DNA from: Urechidicola sp. | GTDB taxonomy: Bacteria > Pseudomonadota > Gammaproteobacteria > GCA-001735895 | Direction of reading: 5' to 3' | DNA: 40,034 nucleotides | Assembly (NCBI GenBank): GCA_047638435.1 | Contig: JBLILW010000001.1 | Location: forward strand, 1-40,034 | Shown: one piece after another, positions 9,913 to 19,140 of the stretch | Layout of the letters: each line of letters begins with the position of its first letter | How positions within the stretch are numbered: position 1 is the first letter of the stretch | Notes under the pieces: model-generated | Told to the model about the DNA's origin: nothing | The model's database searches: none | The model's input: only the letters and a program-made list of their open reading frames with translations | Program-made: the position numbers and the translations under genes

Positions 9913-10653
9913 CTAGTCATTATTATTAATAACGTCGACTAAATCGTCGATTAGTTTGAATGATTGATCGGCCTGTGCCAGCTCGGGCCTAAGCTGAACG
10001 TATACCGGTATATTGAGGGTTAGTGCTGCGTCGAGCTTTTGTGCGACACGGCTGCACCCACTGTCTTTACTGATTAGAGCATCTACCTTGTGTTGCTGCA
10101 TGAGCGCGAGTTCATCCGCATAGTAAAATGGACCAATCGCATGGATTTGAATGATGCCTTTTACTTCTGCCTGTTGTTTGGCAGATCGCATGACCCATTG
10201 TTGATGCTGTGGGCGTTGATCTGAATATTGCAAAATGCTGGCACCAATCGTAAAAAATGGTTTTTGATAGCGCTCAATCTGTGGCGCAAGGTCTGCCCAT
10301 TGATCGTATTGATGCCAATTCGGATATTTGGACTGATCCCAACCCGGTCGCGAATAGCGCCAGCATGGGATATCGACTATTTTTGCAGCAGTCACTGCAT
10401 TGGCTGACATTTCGACAGCGTAGGGATGAGTCGCGTCGATGAGTAGATCGACACTATGAGCTTGGCAATAGTTAGCCAAACCCTGGCTGCCATTGGTGTT
10501 TTCACTGCTAAAGCCGCCGATATGAATCTCGCAGTTGAGCTCGGGCGTGCGCACCAGACCGACGATGCTATAAATGACGTTATGCTTCTTTTCAATCAAC
10601 TCACTCGCTAACTGCTTAGATTCGGCAATGCCACCTAGAATCAGTATCTTCAC
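9913..10653 (-). CDS. cobK: Precorrin-6A reductase (CobK/CbiJ)
   Basis: 246 aa. MKILILGGIAESKQLA N-terminus and IDATHPYA motif. GTG start overlaps the cbiD stop (GTGA). Confidence 0.86.
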   Translation of the reverse strand: MKILILGGIAESKQLASELIEKKHNVIYSIVGLVRTPELNCEIHIGGFSSENTNGSQGLANYCQAHSVDLLIDATHPYAVEMSANAVTAAKIVDIPCWRYSRPGWDQSKYPNWHQYDQWADLAPQIERYQKPFFTIGASILQYSDQRPQHQQWVMRSAKQQAEVKGIIQIHAIGPFYYADELALMQQHKVDALISKDSGCSRVAQKLDAALTLNIPVYVQLRPELAQADQSFKLIDDLVDVINNND

Positions 10654-11741
10654 AGGCTGCTACCGACGAGTTCGCCAGCTTTGTTGACACAGTAAACGTC
10701 AATCTCGACTGTGTTATGGCTGGCTTCTAACGAGTGACCACGTGCCATTTGACTGATTCGGTTGGCGAGTGGTATTTGATGTTGTTGGCAATGCTTTAAT
10801 GCTTCGAGACTGGTGTTGCATTGTTTAATGGTATTAATCAACTCGTCGGTAGCGCCTAATTCCTCGGCCAAATTTGCCAGAAAATCGAAATCTATTGACG
10901 AGTCGTGGCTGTGTAATGAACTATGACCCGCTGCTAGTTTAGTCATCTTGCCGAAGCCACCGCAGATCGACAGTTTTTGCATAGGCACTTTACGTAAATG
11001 TTTGAATACGGCGCCAACAAAATCACCCATCTCTACCAGGGCTGATTCAGGTAATCCCAATCGGGCTTGAATATAGGCTTCGCTAGTCGAGCCGGTGCTA
11101 GCGGCAATGTCGAATAATCCGTTGGCATGCGCAACATCGATAGATTGATGAATGGATGCGATATAGGCGGCACAGGAATAAGGTCGGACGATACCGGTTG
11201 TGCCAAGAATTGATAATCCACCAACAATACCCAGGCGTCCATTCATGGTTCTGAGGGCAATTTTTTCGCCATCAACAACACCAATTGAGACTTCGAAGCC
11301 ACCGGTATAACCACTGATATCAGCCAGATTGGTTAGGTGATCTGTCATCATTTGACGAGGCACTGGGTTAATTGCAGGTTCGCCGACTGCAATGGACAAT
11401 CCGGCTCTGGTGACGGTGCCAACGCCAGGTGCGGCATGAAAACGTACGCCAGCTTTGGGCGATAATTCGATCTCCGCAAAGACTGTGGCTAAATGAGTTG
11501 CGTCAGGGTCGTCGCCAGCATCCTTGATCGTACTGGCCGTGGCACGGCTATCGCTTAGCTTTTCACAGTGCTCTAGCTTGAAGTCTATGATCTGGCCTTT
11601 GGGCAGCGTGATACTTGAATTGAGCGTCTGTTGCCCGTTTAGCAGCAAATTGGCGGCTGATAATGATGTGGCTGTAGCACAGGCACCTGTGGTAAAACCG
11701 CTACGCAGTTTTTGTTTTTTTTCGGTTGTTTCTTCTCGCAT
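10650..11741 (-). CDS. cbiD: Cobalt-precorrin-5B (C1)-methyltransferase CbiD
   Basis: 363 aa. LRSGFTTGACATATSLSAA N-terminus and GTTGIVRPYSCAAY are CbiD hallmarks. Confidence 0.9.
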   Translation of the reverse strand: MREETTEKKQKLRSGFTTGACATATSLSAANLLLNGQQTLNSSITLPKGQIIDFKLEHCEKLSDSRATASTIKDAGDDPDATHLATVFAEIELSPKAGVRFHAAPGVGTVTRAGLSIAVGEPAINPVPRQMMTDHLTNLADISGYTGGFEVSIGVVDGEKIALRTMNGRLGIVGGLSILGTTGIVRPYSCAAYIASIHQSIDVAHANGLFDIAASTGSTSEAYIQARLGLPESALVEMGDFVGAVFKHLRKVPMQKLSICGGFGKMTKLAAGHSSLHSHDSSIDFDFLANLAEELGATDELINTIKQCNTSLEALKHCQQHQIPLANRISQMARGHSLEASHNTVEIDVYCVNKAGELVGSSL

Positions 11742-11770
11742 GATTGAATTAATGGCTGACGGTTTGGTGC

Positions 11771-12472
11771 TTAAGACGCGGCGAATAGCCAGAAGCTACC
11801 AAACGCGATTGATGTAAAAGCAATACTTATATGACTGATTTGAAATATACGCTGTCCCCAATTTGATATCCAGCGTTGTAATTTACCAAGAAAGCAGCCA
11901 AACACGAGCATGGTGGTTAATACGCCGAGAGAAAATAAACTCACGTAAGCGAGCCCAAGCCATGCGTTGTTTGTTTCCAATGCCGGAATGATAGCCAACA
12001 CAGGTGCGCTGCCTGCCAGCCCATGAACAATACCGACCAGTACAGGTTGATGATTTTTGTGTTGTTGGCCTGGTTGCGCCAGGTGGGTATGAGTAATGTG
12101 GCCGTGACTGTGGGTTTCGAGCGTGATCTTATGTCGCCACAAGCTCCACAGAATCCAGCAACCGAGGCTGATTAATAGGACGCCGATGAGCTTCTCTGCT
12201 AATAAAGGCACAACGGCTGGGAGTTCGAATTTAGCAAAGATAAATAGGCCGGCGAGACTTAATAAAACCACAGCATGGCCAATAGCCCAGCGTATACAAA
12301 ATCCAACCATACGGCCAATAGACCATGTGTTTTTATTCTGAGAATCTTGTCCATTGTTCTGGCCAGAAGCAAGCGACGAGATTGCCATAATATGATCTGC
12401 ATCGAGTGCATGGAGTAAACCAAGACCGAAGCCAAGAGTCAGGATGCTAAAAACGAGGTTAATGTCTATCAA
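11771..12472 (-). CDS. NicO/NiCoT-like (UreH-like) Ni2+/Co2+ transporter, probably cobalt supply for the cob operon
   Basis: 233 aa, about 6 TM segments. LLHALDADHIMAI carries the HX4DH signature of nickel/cobalt permeases. His-rich loop THSHGHITHTHLAQPGQQHKNH. First gene of the cob string. Only a TTG start preserves the motif-bearing TM1. Confidence 0.7.
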   Translation of the reverse strand: MIDINLVFSILTLGFGLGLLHALDADHIMAISSLASGQNNGQDSQNKNTWSIGRMVGFCIRWAIGHAVVLLSLAGLFIFAKFELPAVVPLLAEKLIGVLLISLGCWILWSLWRHKITLETHSHGHITHTHLAQPGQQHKNHQPVLVGIVHGLAGSAPVLAIIPALETNNAWLGLAYVSLFSLGVLTTMLVFGCFLGKLQRWISNWGQRIFQISHISIAFTSIAFGSFWLFAAS

Positions 12473-12620
12473 AATTCATGCGTCGATTGAGTTGCTTAGG
12501 TTGAACTTACTTGGGCCGTGGATTCTACCGAGACTAACGCATTTTCACTATCTTATTTGCGCCATCGAATACTAATCCGAAAGGACTCAGGTCATTGGCA
12601 CGATAGTTCATCCTTTTGGC

Positions 12621-13502
12621 TCACACTTCTAGTTCATCAAGAAAGGCCTGCAAAACAGGTGATCGAAAACCACCAGATTTTACGATTAATGCCATGTTTG
12701 ATGAGTAGTGTAACTGGTTCGGCAGCAAGGTTTGGAGTTGTTTTTTGAGTACCCACTGTTCGGCGTAATGCGAGGGTAAAAAGCCGATGTATTGTCCGGT
12801 CAGAATAAGCATTGCCTGTGCCTCTACATTGTCGATTAATGCGCCTGAAGAATTGACTCCAAGCACTTTTAAATCAGCAGCATACAGATAGTTTCTGGCG
12901 ACTATACATGCGCTACGAATAGTCTTCATACTGATGTTTTTTAGACTCGAAAAAGGATGGTTATTAGAGCAGTACAGATACTGTTTTTCTTCAAAAAGAG
13001 GATGGTAATCGAGACCCAATATAGGCAATGGATAAGGGCCGATGGCTGCATGTAACTGTCCGTGCAAAACACTTTGCTCCAGTTCTAATGGTGGTTTGAC
13101 TTCAATCTGAATTTGGACTTCGCTGGCGCGTTGATTAAAGTGCTGGATGGCTAAGGGTAGGGGGGAAACTGTATTGGTAATCGTATTATCTATAATGCCG
13201 ATATTAAGTTTGCCGCGCAGCTGCTGGCCGACATCACTTATTTCATGCCGAAAATCCTCGACCGAGTTAAATAGACGTAGTGCCGCCTGATGAACCTGCT
13301 TGCCTGGTTCAGTAAGTCTGAATCCGCCACGCCCACGTTCGCATAGGCGCACACCAATACGTGTTTCGAGTCGATTCATGTGTTCGCTGATTGTGGGCTG
13401 ACCGATATTGAGTATGGGTTGAGCGGCTGCAAAGCCACCACAGCGCACCACGGTGAGGAATACTTGCAGTAATCTTAAGTCAATGTCGCTTACTTGCTGC
13501 AT
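12621..13502 (-). CDS. LysR-family transcriptional regulator (GbuR/GpuR-like position)
   Basis: 293 aa. N-terminal wHTH LRLLQVFLTVVRCGGFAAAQPILNIGQPTISEHMNRLE. Divergent from the ureohydrolase gene. Confidence 0.88.
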   Translation of the reverse strand: MQQVSDIDLRLLQVFLTVVRCGGFAAAQPILNIGQPTISEHMNRLETRIGVRLCERGRGGFRLTEPGKQVHQAALRLFNSVEDFRHEISDVGQQLRGKLNIGIIDNTITNTVSPLPLAIQHFNQRASEVQIQIEVKPPLELEQSVLHGQLHAAIGPYPLPILGLDYHPLFEEKQYLYCSNNHPFSSLKNISMKTIRSACIVARNYLYAADLKVLGVNSSGALIDNVEAQAMLILTGQYIGFLPSHYAEQWVLKKQLQTLLPNQLHYSSNMALIVKSGGFRSPVLQAFLDELEV

Positions 13503-13606
13503 CTATTAGTTCGGATTATTCCGATGTTTAGTTATAAAATTGGTTATTGTAACGATATAAAAGCACTCGTAAAGTGAAGTTCTTAACAATCTGCAGGAAT
13601 ACTCTT

Positions 13607-14572
13607 ATGTCGAATGATTACGAAACTGGCCGCTTAAATCTACCGTTTGTAGGACATTGCACCTTTGCTAAATCTCCAGTGTGCACTGACTGGAACAATA
13701 TCGATGCTGATGTGGCAATCCTTGGCGTGCCAAACGACATGGGCACCCAATGGCGCCCTGGTGCTCGATTTGGGCCGCGTGGGGTGCGAGAGGCATCAAC
13801 GTTATTCTCGTTTGGACATGGCGGTGCTTATGATTTTGAAGACGATAAACTGTACCTGTCGCAAGAACAGTGCCGAATAGTTGATGTGGGTGATGTTGAT
13901 ATTGTTCATACCAATATGGAAAAAAGTCATGCCAATACCTATGCCGCAGTGAGCAAAATTCTTGAAAGTGGCGCGATGCCAATTTCTATCGGTGGTGACC
14001 ACTCGGTGCATGCGCCAATAATAGAAGCCTTCGCCGATAAAGGGCCTATCCATATTCTACATTTTGACGCGCATTTAGACTTTGTCGATGAGCGCCATGG
14101 CGTGCGTTACGGGCATGGCAACCCATTACGACGTGCATCGGAAATGAATCATATTACGGGCATGACCCAGATGGGGATTCGTAACGTATCGTCGTCTAAC
14201 CGCTCCGACTATGATGCTGCACGCGCTGCGGGTTCTAATATTTTATCGGTACGCGATGTACGCCGGCTCGGTACGCAGGGTGTGGTTGATCAAATTCCTG
14301 ATGCGGAGTCTTATTACATTACGATTGATATCGATGGTTTTGATCCTTCGATCGCGCCTGGCACCGGTACACCTAGCCATGGTGGTTTTCAATATTACGA
14401 AGTGCTTGAAATTATTCAGGCGGTTGCCGTACGTAATGGCGGTAATATAGTGGGTATGGATTTAGTTGAAATTGCACCATCCTACGATCCAACTGGCATT
14501 ACTTCGATATTGGGTGCACAGTTGCTGATGAATTCGATTGGGTTTATATTTCATGCGAGGGCTAATCGTTAA
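13607..14572 (+). CDS. Agmatinase/arginase-family ureohydrolase (guanidino-acid hydrolase type)
   Basis: Metal-binding motifs GGDHSV, HFDAHLDF, DIDGFDPSIAPGTGTP and DLVEIAP. The track ORF starts at GTG 13574; ATG 13607 (MSNDYETG) is the likelier start. Confidence 0.88.
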   Translation: MSNDYETGRLNLPFVGHCTFAKSPVCTDWNNIDADVAILGVPNDMGTQWRPGARFGPRGVREASTLFSFGHGGAYDFEDDKLYLSQEQCRIVDVGDVDIVHTNMEKSHANTYAAVSKILESGAMPISIGGDHSVHAPIIEAFADKGPIHILHFDAHLDFVDERHGVRYGHGNPLRRASEMNHITGMTQMGIRNVSSSNRSDYDAARAAGSNILSVRDVRRLGTQGVVDQIPDAESYYITIDIDGFDPSIAPGTGTPSHGGFQYYEVLEIIQAVAVRNGGNIVGMDLVEIAPSYDPTGITSILGAQLLMNSIGFIFHARANR

Positions 14573-15042
14573 TGGCTTTTTAATTTCTAGTCTGATGAGT
14601 TATGCGGTATGCAAATCAGTCATATTTCGATGGGAAAGGATTTCTTGAGTCATTAACTCGCTCAGATTGTTTTAAGCTGCGCTTGGTGGATCGATTGTTG
14701 AGGCAAGTTGCAAAGTTGGATTTGATGAGTAAGTCGACTGATTGATAAAGATAAGTTTTACATTAGATAAAGTTTTTATTAATTGAATAAATATATTCTT
14801 TATACCATCCTGTATCCATAGCGATTTAATTGGCGGCAGGTATCTAATGTTACTCATTATTTTTTGGTGGGGACAATTAAATACTTTATACAATTAAGTT
14901 GAATTTGTTTCTAAAGTTACCAGCCTGCAGCCTATCACGATGGTAAGTAATGGGTTGTTCGTTTAGAGAGTGCGTTTGATTCATTTAAATTTCAGATAAT
15001 AATAATTTTGTATCATTCAATTACAACAACAGAGGAAGAGTA

Positions 15043-15999
15043 ATGAAAAGAAGAACCGTAATTAAAACCTTCAGTGCTGCCGTAATATTGACAATGGCAG
15101 GAACCCTTTCTGCGCAGGCCGCAGTCAACGGTCCGGTTAACTATATTATTCCATTTGGTCCAGGAGGCGAATCTGATATCTCCGCTCGTTTTCAGCAGCC
15201 ATTCTTTAAAAGTATGTTTGGACAGGATTTAGTTGTCTCCTACCAGCCAGGTGGCGGTGGTGCAGTTGGTTGGGCTTCATTGAACGGCAAAAAAGGTGAC
15301 GGTCAAACCATCATGGGGGTGAATCTCCCGCATATTATTATTAAACCTGCGCAAAAAAATGTTGGTTTCAAGACTGATGACCTGAATACTTTTTATATGT
15401 TCCATTTTACGCCAGACGCATTAGTAGTAAAAGCTGACAGCCCGTACACAAATCTTCAGGATTTTATCGACGCTGCGAAAGCCAATCCTGGACAGATGAC
15501 TCTATCTGGATCGGGCAAAGCCTCAGCTAATCATCTAGCGCAAATCAAGTTTGATAAAATGGCTAATATTAAGACAACTTATGTGCCTTTTAAGGGTACC
15601 GGGGCTGCAGTCGCTGCTATGTTGGGTAGTCAGGTAAAAGCTGAATGGGGTTACTCTACAGTGGGCGCCAAGCAGGGCGCGGCTGTTCGCATGTTAGCGG
15701 TTGCGATGGAAAAACGTCATCCATTGTTTCCCAATGTACCTACCTTTAAAGAGCTTGGTTACGATATGGTCGGTGGTGCCTATCGAGGTATTGCATTACC
15801 TAAGTCAGCGAGTGCTGATACCACTAAAATGTGGTCTGACATGATTGGAAAAATAAACCGCGACCCTGCATTTGTGAAGAAGATGTTAGCAGGTGGCTTT
15901 GCAATGTTAGACGTCGATGCAGCTGGAATGGCTAGCTTTATGAAGGCTCGATCTGCTGAGTATCTGAAAGATGCTCGTGAAGCAGGTTTAATTAAGTAG
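15043..15999 (+). CDS. tctC: Tripartite tricarboxylate transporter substrate-binding protein (TctC/Bug family)
   Basis: 318 aa. Signal peptide ending SAQA, then the Bug-family core PFGPGGESDISAR...YVPFKGTGAAVAAMLG. GAGGAAGAG lies upstream of the ATG. Confidence 0.88.
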   Translation: MKRRTVIKTFSAAVILTMAGTLSAQAAVNGPVNYIIPFGPGGESDISARFQQPFFKSMFGQDLVVSYQPGGGGAVGWASLNGKKGDGQTIMGVNLPHIIIKPAQKNVGFKTDDLNTFYMFHFTPDALVVKADSPYTNLQDFIDAAKANPGQMTLSGSGKASANHLAQIKFDKMANIKTTYVPFKGTGAAVAAMLGSQVKAEWGYSTVGAKQGAAVRMLAVAMEKRHPLFPNVPTFKELGYDMVGGAYRGIALPKSASADTTKMWSDMIGKINRDPAFVKKMLAGGFAMLDVDAAGMASFMKARSAEYLKDAREAGLIK

Positions 16000-16028
16000 C
16001 TTTGGTTTGCGTTAAGACGGGGTGAACC

Positions 16029-17522
16029 TTGGATATCGATAATTTTCTGGCTGCATTAACACTCACCAATATCGCACTGGCGTTATTTGGTGTTGTTGCT
16101 GGTACGATAATAGGATCTATCCCAGGCTTGACCGCTACTATGGCCGTGGCAGTGCTGGTTCCCATTACCTTTAGTATGGAGCCTGCCTCGGCACTTATTT
16201 TACTCGGTGCCATTTATACGGGTGCCATTTATGGCGGTGCTTACGCCGCCATTTTATTAAATACACCCGGTACACCATCAGCAATCGCAACAACGTTTGA
16301 TGGTTATCCGATGGCAAAACGTGGTGATGGTGATCTAGCCGTCGCTTTGGCTTGCTTTGCTTCCGTATTCGGTGGCCTAGTGGGTGCAATGGCACTGTTA
16401 TTTTTAGCACCACCGCTATCAGAAGTTGCCCTCGCATTTGGACCAGGTGAATATTTTTGGTTGTCTATTTTTGGCTTGTCACTCATTGCCGCACTTTCAA
16501 ATGGTAATTTAATGAAGGGGTTAGCTGGTGGTGCATTCGGGCTTATTCTCTCTACCGTTGGTGTTGCCGAAATTTCGGCTGATATACGACTGACATTTGG
16601 CAGTCAGACACTTATTAGTGGGTTTGGTGTCGTGGGTGCGCTGATTGGCCTGTATTGCATCCCTGTATTAATCGATCTCGTTGCAGTACCTGATAGGCAT
16701 CTGAAAATAGAAGATGACGTTAAGTCTGTCCGTATTGGTGAAGCTGCTGCAATTGCAATGAAGTCCAAAGTTAACTTAATACGCTCATCAATTATCGGCA
16801 CGCTGGTGGGTATTCTGCCCGGTGCAGGCGGTTCAGTCGCCGGATTGGTCGCCTACTCAGAAGCCAAACGTAATGCGTCGCCAGATCAAAAATTCGGTGA
16901 AGGCGAACCTGACGGTATCATCGCAACCGAATCAGCTAACAATGCAACAGTAGGGGGTGGGTTTATTCCCACATTAGTGCTGGGCATACCAGGCACCCCG
17001 CCCGATGCTGTTATTTTAGGTGCTTTGCTGGTTCAGGGCGTCAGAACGGGACCAACACTATTCCAATCAGGTGGTGACTCTATAGCCTATACTTTTATTT
17101 ATGGCCTATTAATCGCTACAATTCTGATGTTGCCAGTGGGCTTACTCATTGGTCGATATGCGTATAAATCAATTGTGACTATTCCAAAGGCAGTATTGGT
17201 GCCGACCGTGGGATTCATGACAATAATAGGCACATTTGCAATTCATAACAGCATTTCAGATGTTGGGATTATGATTGGTTTAGGTATTTTTGGCTGGATT
17301 GTCGGCCGATTTGGTTTTTCTGCTTCGCCAATAGTGCTGGGCTTGATTTTGGGGCCTATCGCTGAGCAGGGTTTTGTTCAAAGCTGGATTATTGGTTCTG
17401 CGACCAACGACTTGATTGGTATGTTTTTTGGCCGACCAATTTCACAGGCCATTGTTGCATTTACTTTATTGTCACTTTTTTATCCCTTATTTGTTGGAAG
17501 GCGACAGCGAGCGATGAAATGA
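16029..17522 (+). CDS. tctA: Tripartite tricarboxylate transporter large permease TctA
   Basis: 497 aa polytopic. GSIPGLTATMAVAVLVP and GILPGAGGSVAG repeats are typical of TctA. TTG start with GGGGTGA upstream. Confidence 0.88.
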   Translation: MDIDNFLAALTLTNIALALFGVVAGTIIGSIPGLTATMAVAVLVPITFSMEPASALILLGAIYTGAIYGGAYAAILLNTPGTPSAIATTFDGYPMAKRGDGDLAVALACFASVFGGLVGAMALLFLAPPLSEVALAFGPGEYFWLSIFGLSLIAALSNGNLMKGLAGGAFGLILSTVGVAEISADIRLTFGSQTLISGFGVVGALIGLYCIPVLIDLVAVPDRHLKIEDDVKSVRIGEAAAIAMKSKVNLIRSSIIGTLVGILPGAGGSVAGLVAYSEAKRNASPDQKFGEGEPDGIIATESANNATVGGGFIPTLVLGIPGTPPDAVILGALLVQGVRTGPTLFQSGGDSIAYTFIYGLLIATILMLPVGLLIGRYAYKSIVTIPKAVLVPTVGFMTIIGTFAIHNSISDVGIMIGLGIFGWIVGRFGFSASPIVLGLILGPIAEQGFVQSWIIGSATNDLIGMFFGRPISQAIVAFTLLSLFYPLFVGRRQRAMK

Positions 17523-17995
17523 ACCGGGACAATAGCTACAATAATGACAAAAAAAGCGTTGAAGGCAGTAATTTTGGGTCTTTAATTGTTTCTATATTTT
17601 TTATTCTGGCCGGTTTTTTAACCCTATACGACACGCAGTCCTATACCGATGCTGACTCCAGTGTGTTTCCTCAAGCTGCCGCCATATTGTTAATAATATG
17701 TGCATCGGTTTCTACTCTTCAAAACTTAATTCGACCAATGGCAGATGAAGGCTTTGGTCGCGGTAGCTGGTGGCGTCGATTGTTGCTCGTTAGCACTATG
17801 CTGCTGACTTGCTTTGCAATGCCTTATATTGGCTTCCTTCTAGCGGCTGTTATCTCCTTTGTTGGTGGCATGGTCGCCGCAATGCATGATCGCTGGTCGC
17901 TAAAAGCCTTAATCGTTTATTTGGGCTCTGGGGCACTGATTATGGTTGTATTTTATATGCTATTTCGTTATGTCCTGTATGTCCCCCTACCTTAG
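17519..17995 (+). CDS. tctB: Tripartite tricarboxylate transporter small subunit TctB
   Basis: 158 aa, four hydrophobic segments. Start overlaps the tctA stop (ATGA). Called from position and size, so the sequence evidence itself is weak. Confidence 0.7.
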   Translation: MNRDNSYNNDKKSVEGSNFGSLIVSIFFILAGFLTLYDTQSYTDADSSVFPQAAAILLIICASVSTLQNLIRPMADEGFGRGSWWRRLLLVSTMLLTCFAMPYIGFLLAAVISFVGGMVAAMHDRWSLKALIVYLGSGALIMVVFYMLFRYVLYVPLP

Positions 17996-18006
17996 GTTTC
18001 AACGTT

Positions 18007-19134
18007 TTGAAATTAATACACTCCAGTGAAGATGCAAGGGCTTTAGCTCGACAACGTTTACCTTGGATGATCTTTGATTATTTTGATGGCTCAGCAGGTA
18101 ATGGGTTCGGTGAGAAGCGAAATAGAGACTTGATGCGTGATATTGAGCTGTCTCCTCGCGCATTAAATAATGTGGAACACCGAGATTTATCCGTTAGTCT
18201 ATTTAATAAAACGGTGGGGCTGCCTTTTGGCGTTAGCCCCATGGGCATGTGCAATTTGTCGATGCCTGGTGCTGATTTGATGCTGGCAAAATTGGCTGCA
18301 AAAAATAAAATTCCAGTGGGTGTTTCGACTGCTGCTTCGACTTCTCTAGAAAAAATGATCGAAATCGCAGAAGGAAACGCTTGGTTTCAGCTCTACTTCA
18401 GTGGCAATCATGAGCAATCTGATTTATTAATTAAGCGAGCTGAAGATTCTGGTTATGACACTTTAGTTCTAACGGTTGACGTTCCAGAAGTCGGTCGTCG
18501 TCCGCGTGAGCTTAGACGTGGCTTCACCATGCCATTTAAGATTGGAACTCAACAATTTATTGATTTTGCTATGCATCCCAGATGGTCATTAACAACCTTA
18601 GTAAAGGGCCGACCTGAACTGGCGAATTTTGGTGGCGAGTTTGGTGCATTCGAGCGAACCGCGAGCCGTGCAGGGGCAGACTGGTCATTATTAGACCGTA
18701 TACGGAATCAGTGGAAGGGAAAGCTAGTCGTGAAGGGTGTACTGAATGTTAATGACGCGTTGAAAATGAAAAACAGTGGCGTTGATGCTATACAAGTGTC
18801 CAGTCATGGTGGTCGTCAACTTGACAGTGGACCGCCTGCCATAATTGCACTAAAAGCCATACGAGATGCTGTTGGACCAGATTATCCGCTGTTTTATGAT
18901 TCGGGTATTAGAAGTGGTGAAGACATCATTAAGGCTTATGCGATGGGCGCAAACTATGTGTTTCTTGGACGACCATTGCTTTTTGCAATCGCCGCTAGGG
19001 GCGAACATGGGTTGAACCAGATGAGCGATGTTTTTGCCAAGGAAACCAGCATTGCTCTAGCGCAGCTTGGTATCTGTAACATGCAGGCGATCGGTCCTGA
19101 GAGCATTGGCAGCACTGAGACGTCGCCTGTTTAG
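18007..19134 (+). CDS. FMN-dependent alpha-hydroxy acid dehydrogenase/oxidase family (LldD/glycolate oxidase/mandelate dehydrogenase-like)
   Basis: 375 aa. LPWMIFDYFDGSAG, WFQLY, TVDVPEVGRRPRELR, VSSHGGRQLD and DSGIRSGEDIIKAYAMGA are the family motifs. TTG start. Confidence 0.88.
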   Translation: MKLIHSSEDARALARQRLPWMIFDYFDGSAGNGFGEKRNRDLMRDIELSPRALNNVEHRDLSVSLFNKTVGLPFGVSPMGMCNLSMPGADLMLAKLAAKNKIPVGVSTAASTSLEKMIEIAEGNAWFQLYFSGNHEQSDLLIKRAEDSGYDTLVLTVDVPEVGRRPRELRRGFTMPFKIGTQQFIDFAMHPRWSLTTLVKGRPELANFGGEFGAFERTASRAGADWSLLDRIRNQWKGKLVVKGVLNVNDALKMKNSGVDAIQVSSHGGRQLDSGPPAIIALKAIRDAVGPDYPLFYDSGIRSGEDIIKAYAMGANYVFLGRPLLFAIAARGEHGLNQMSDVFAKETSIALAQLGICNMQAIGPESIGSTETSPV

Positions 19135-19140
19135 TATTAA

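Noticed and set aside
12473-12620. Possible cobalamin riboswitch in the leader of the NicO-type transporter/cob operon.
   Set aside because: Only short core-like fragments are present on the minus strand (GGTAGAATCC..GGCCC and GCCAATG). They occur in the wrong order and there is no B12 box. The leader is also only 148 nt. I cannot call it without a covariance-model search, so it is kept as an open question in the findings.
14672-14893. 73-aa minus-strand ORF in the AT-rich spacer upstream of tctC.
   Set aside because: Ile/Asn/Lys-rich composition as expected from AT-rich non-coding DNA, no ribosome-binding site and no recognisable motif.
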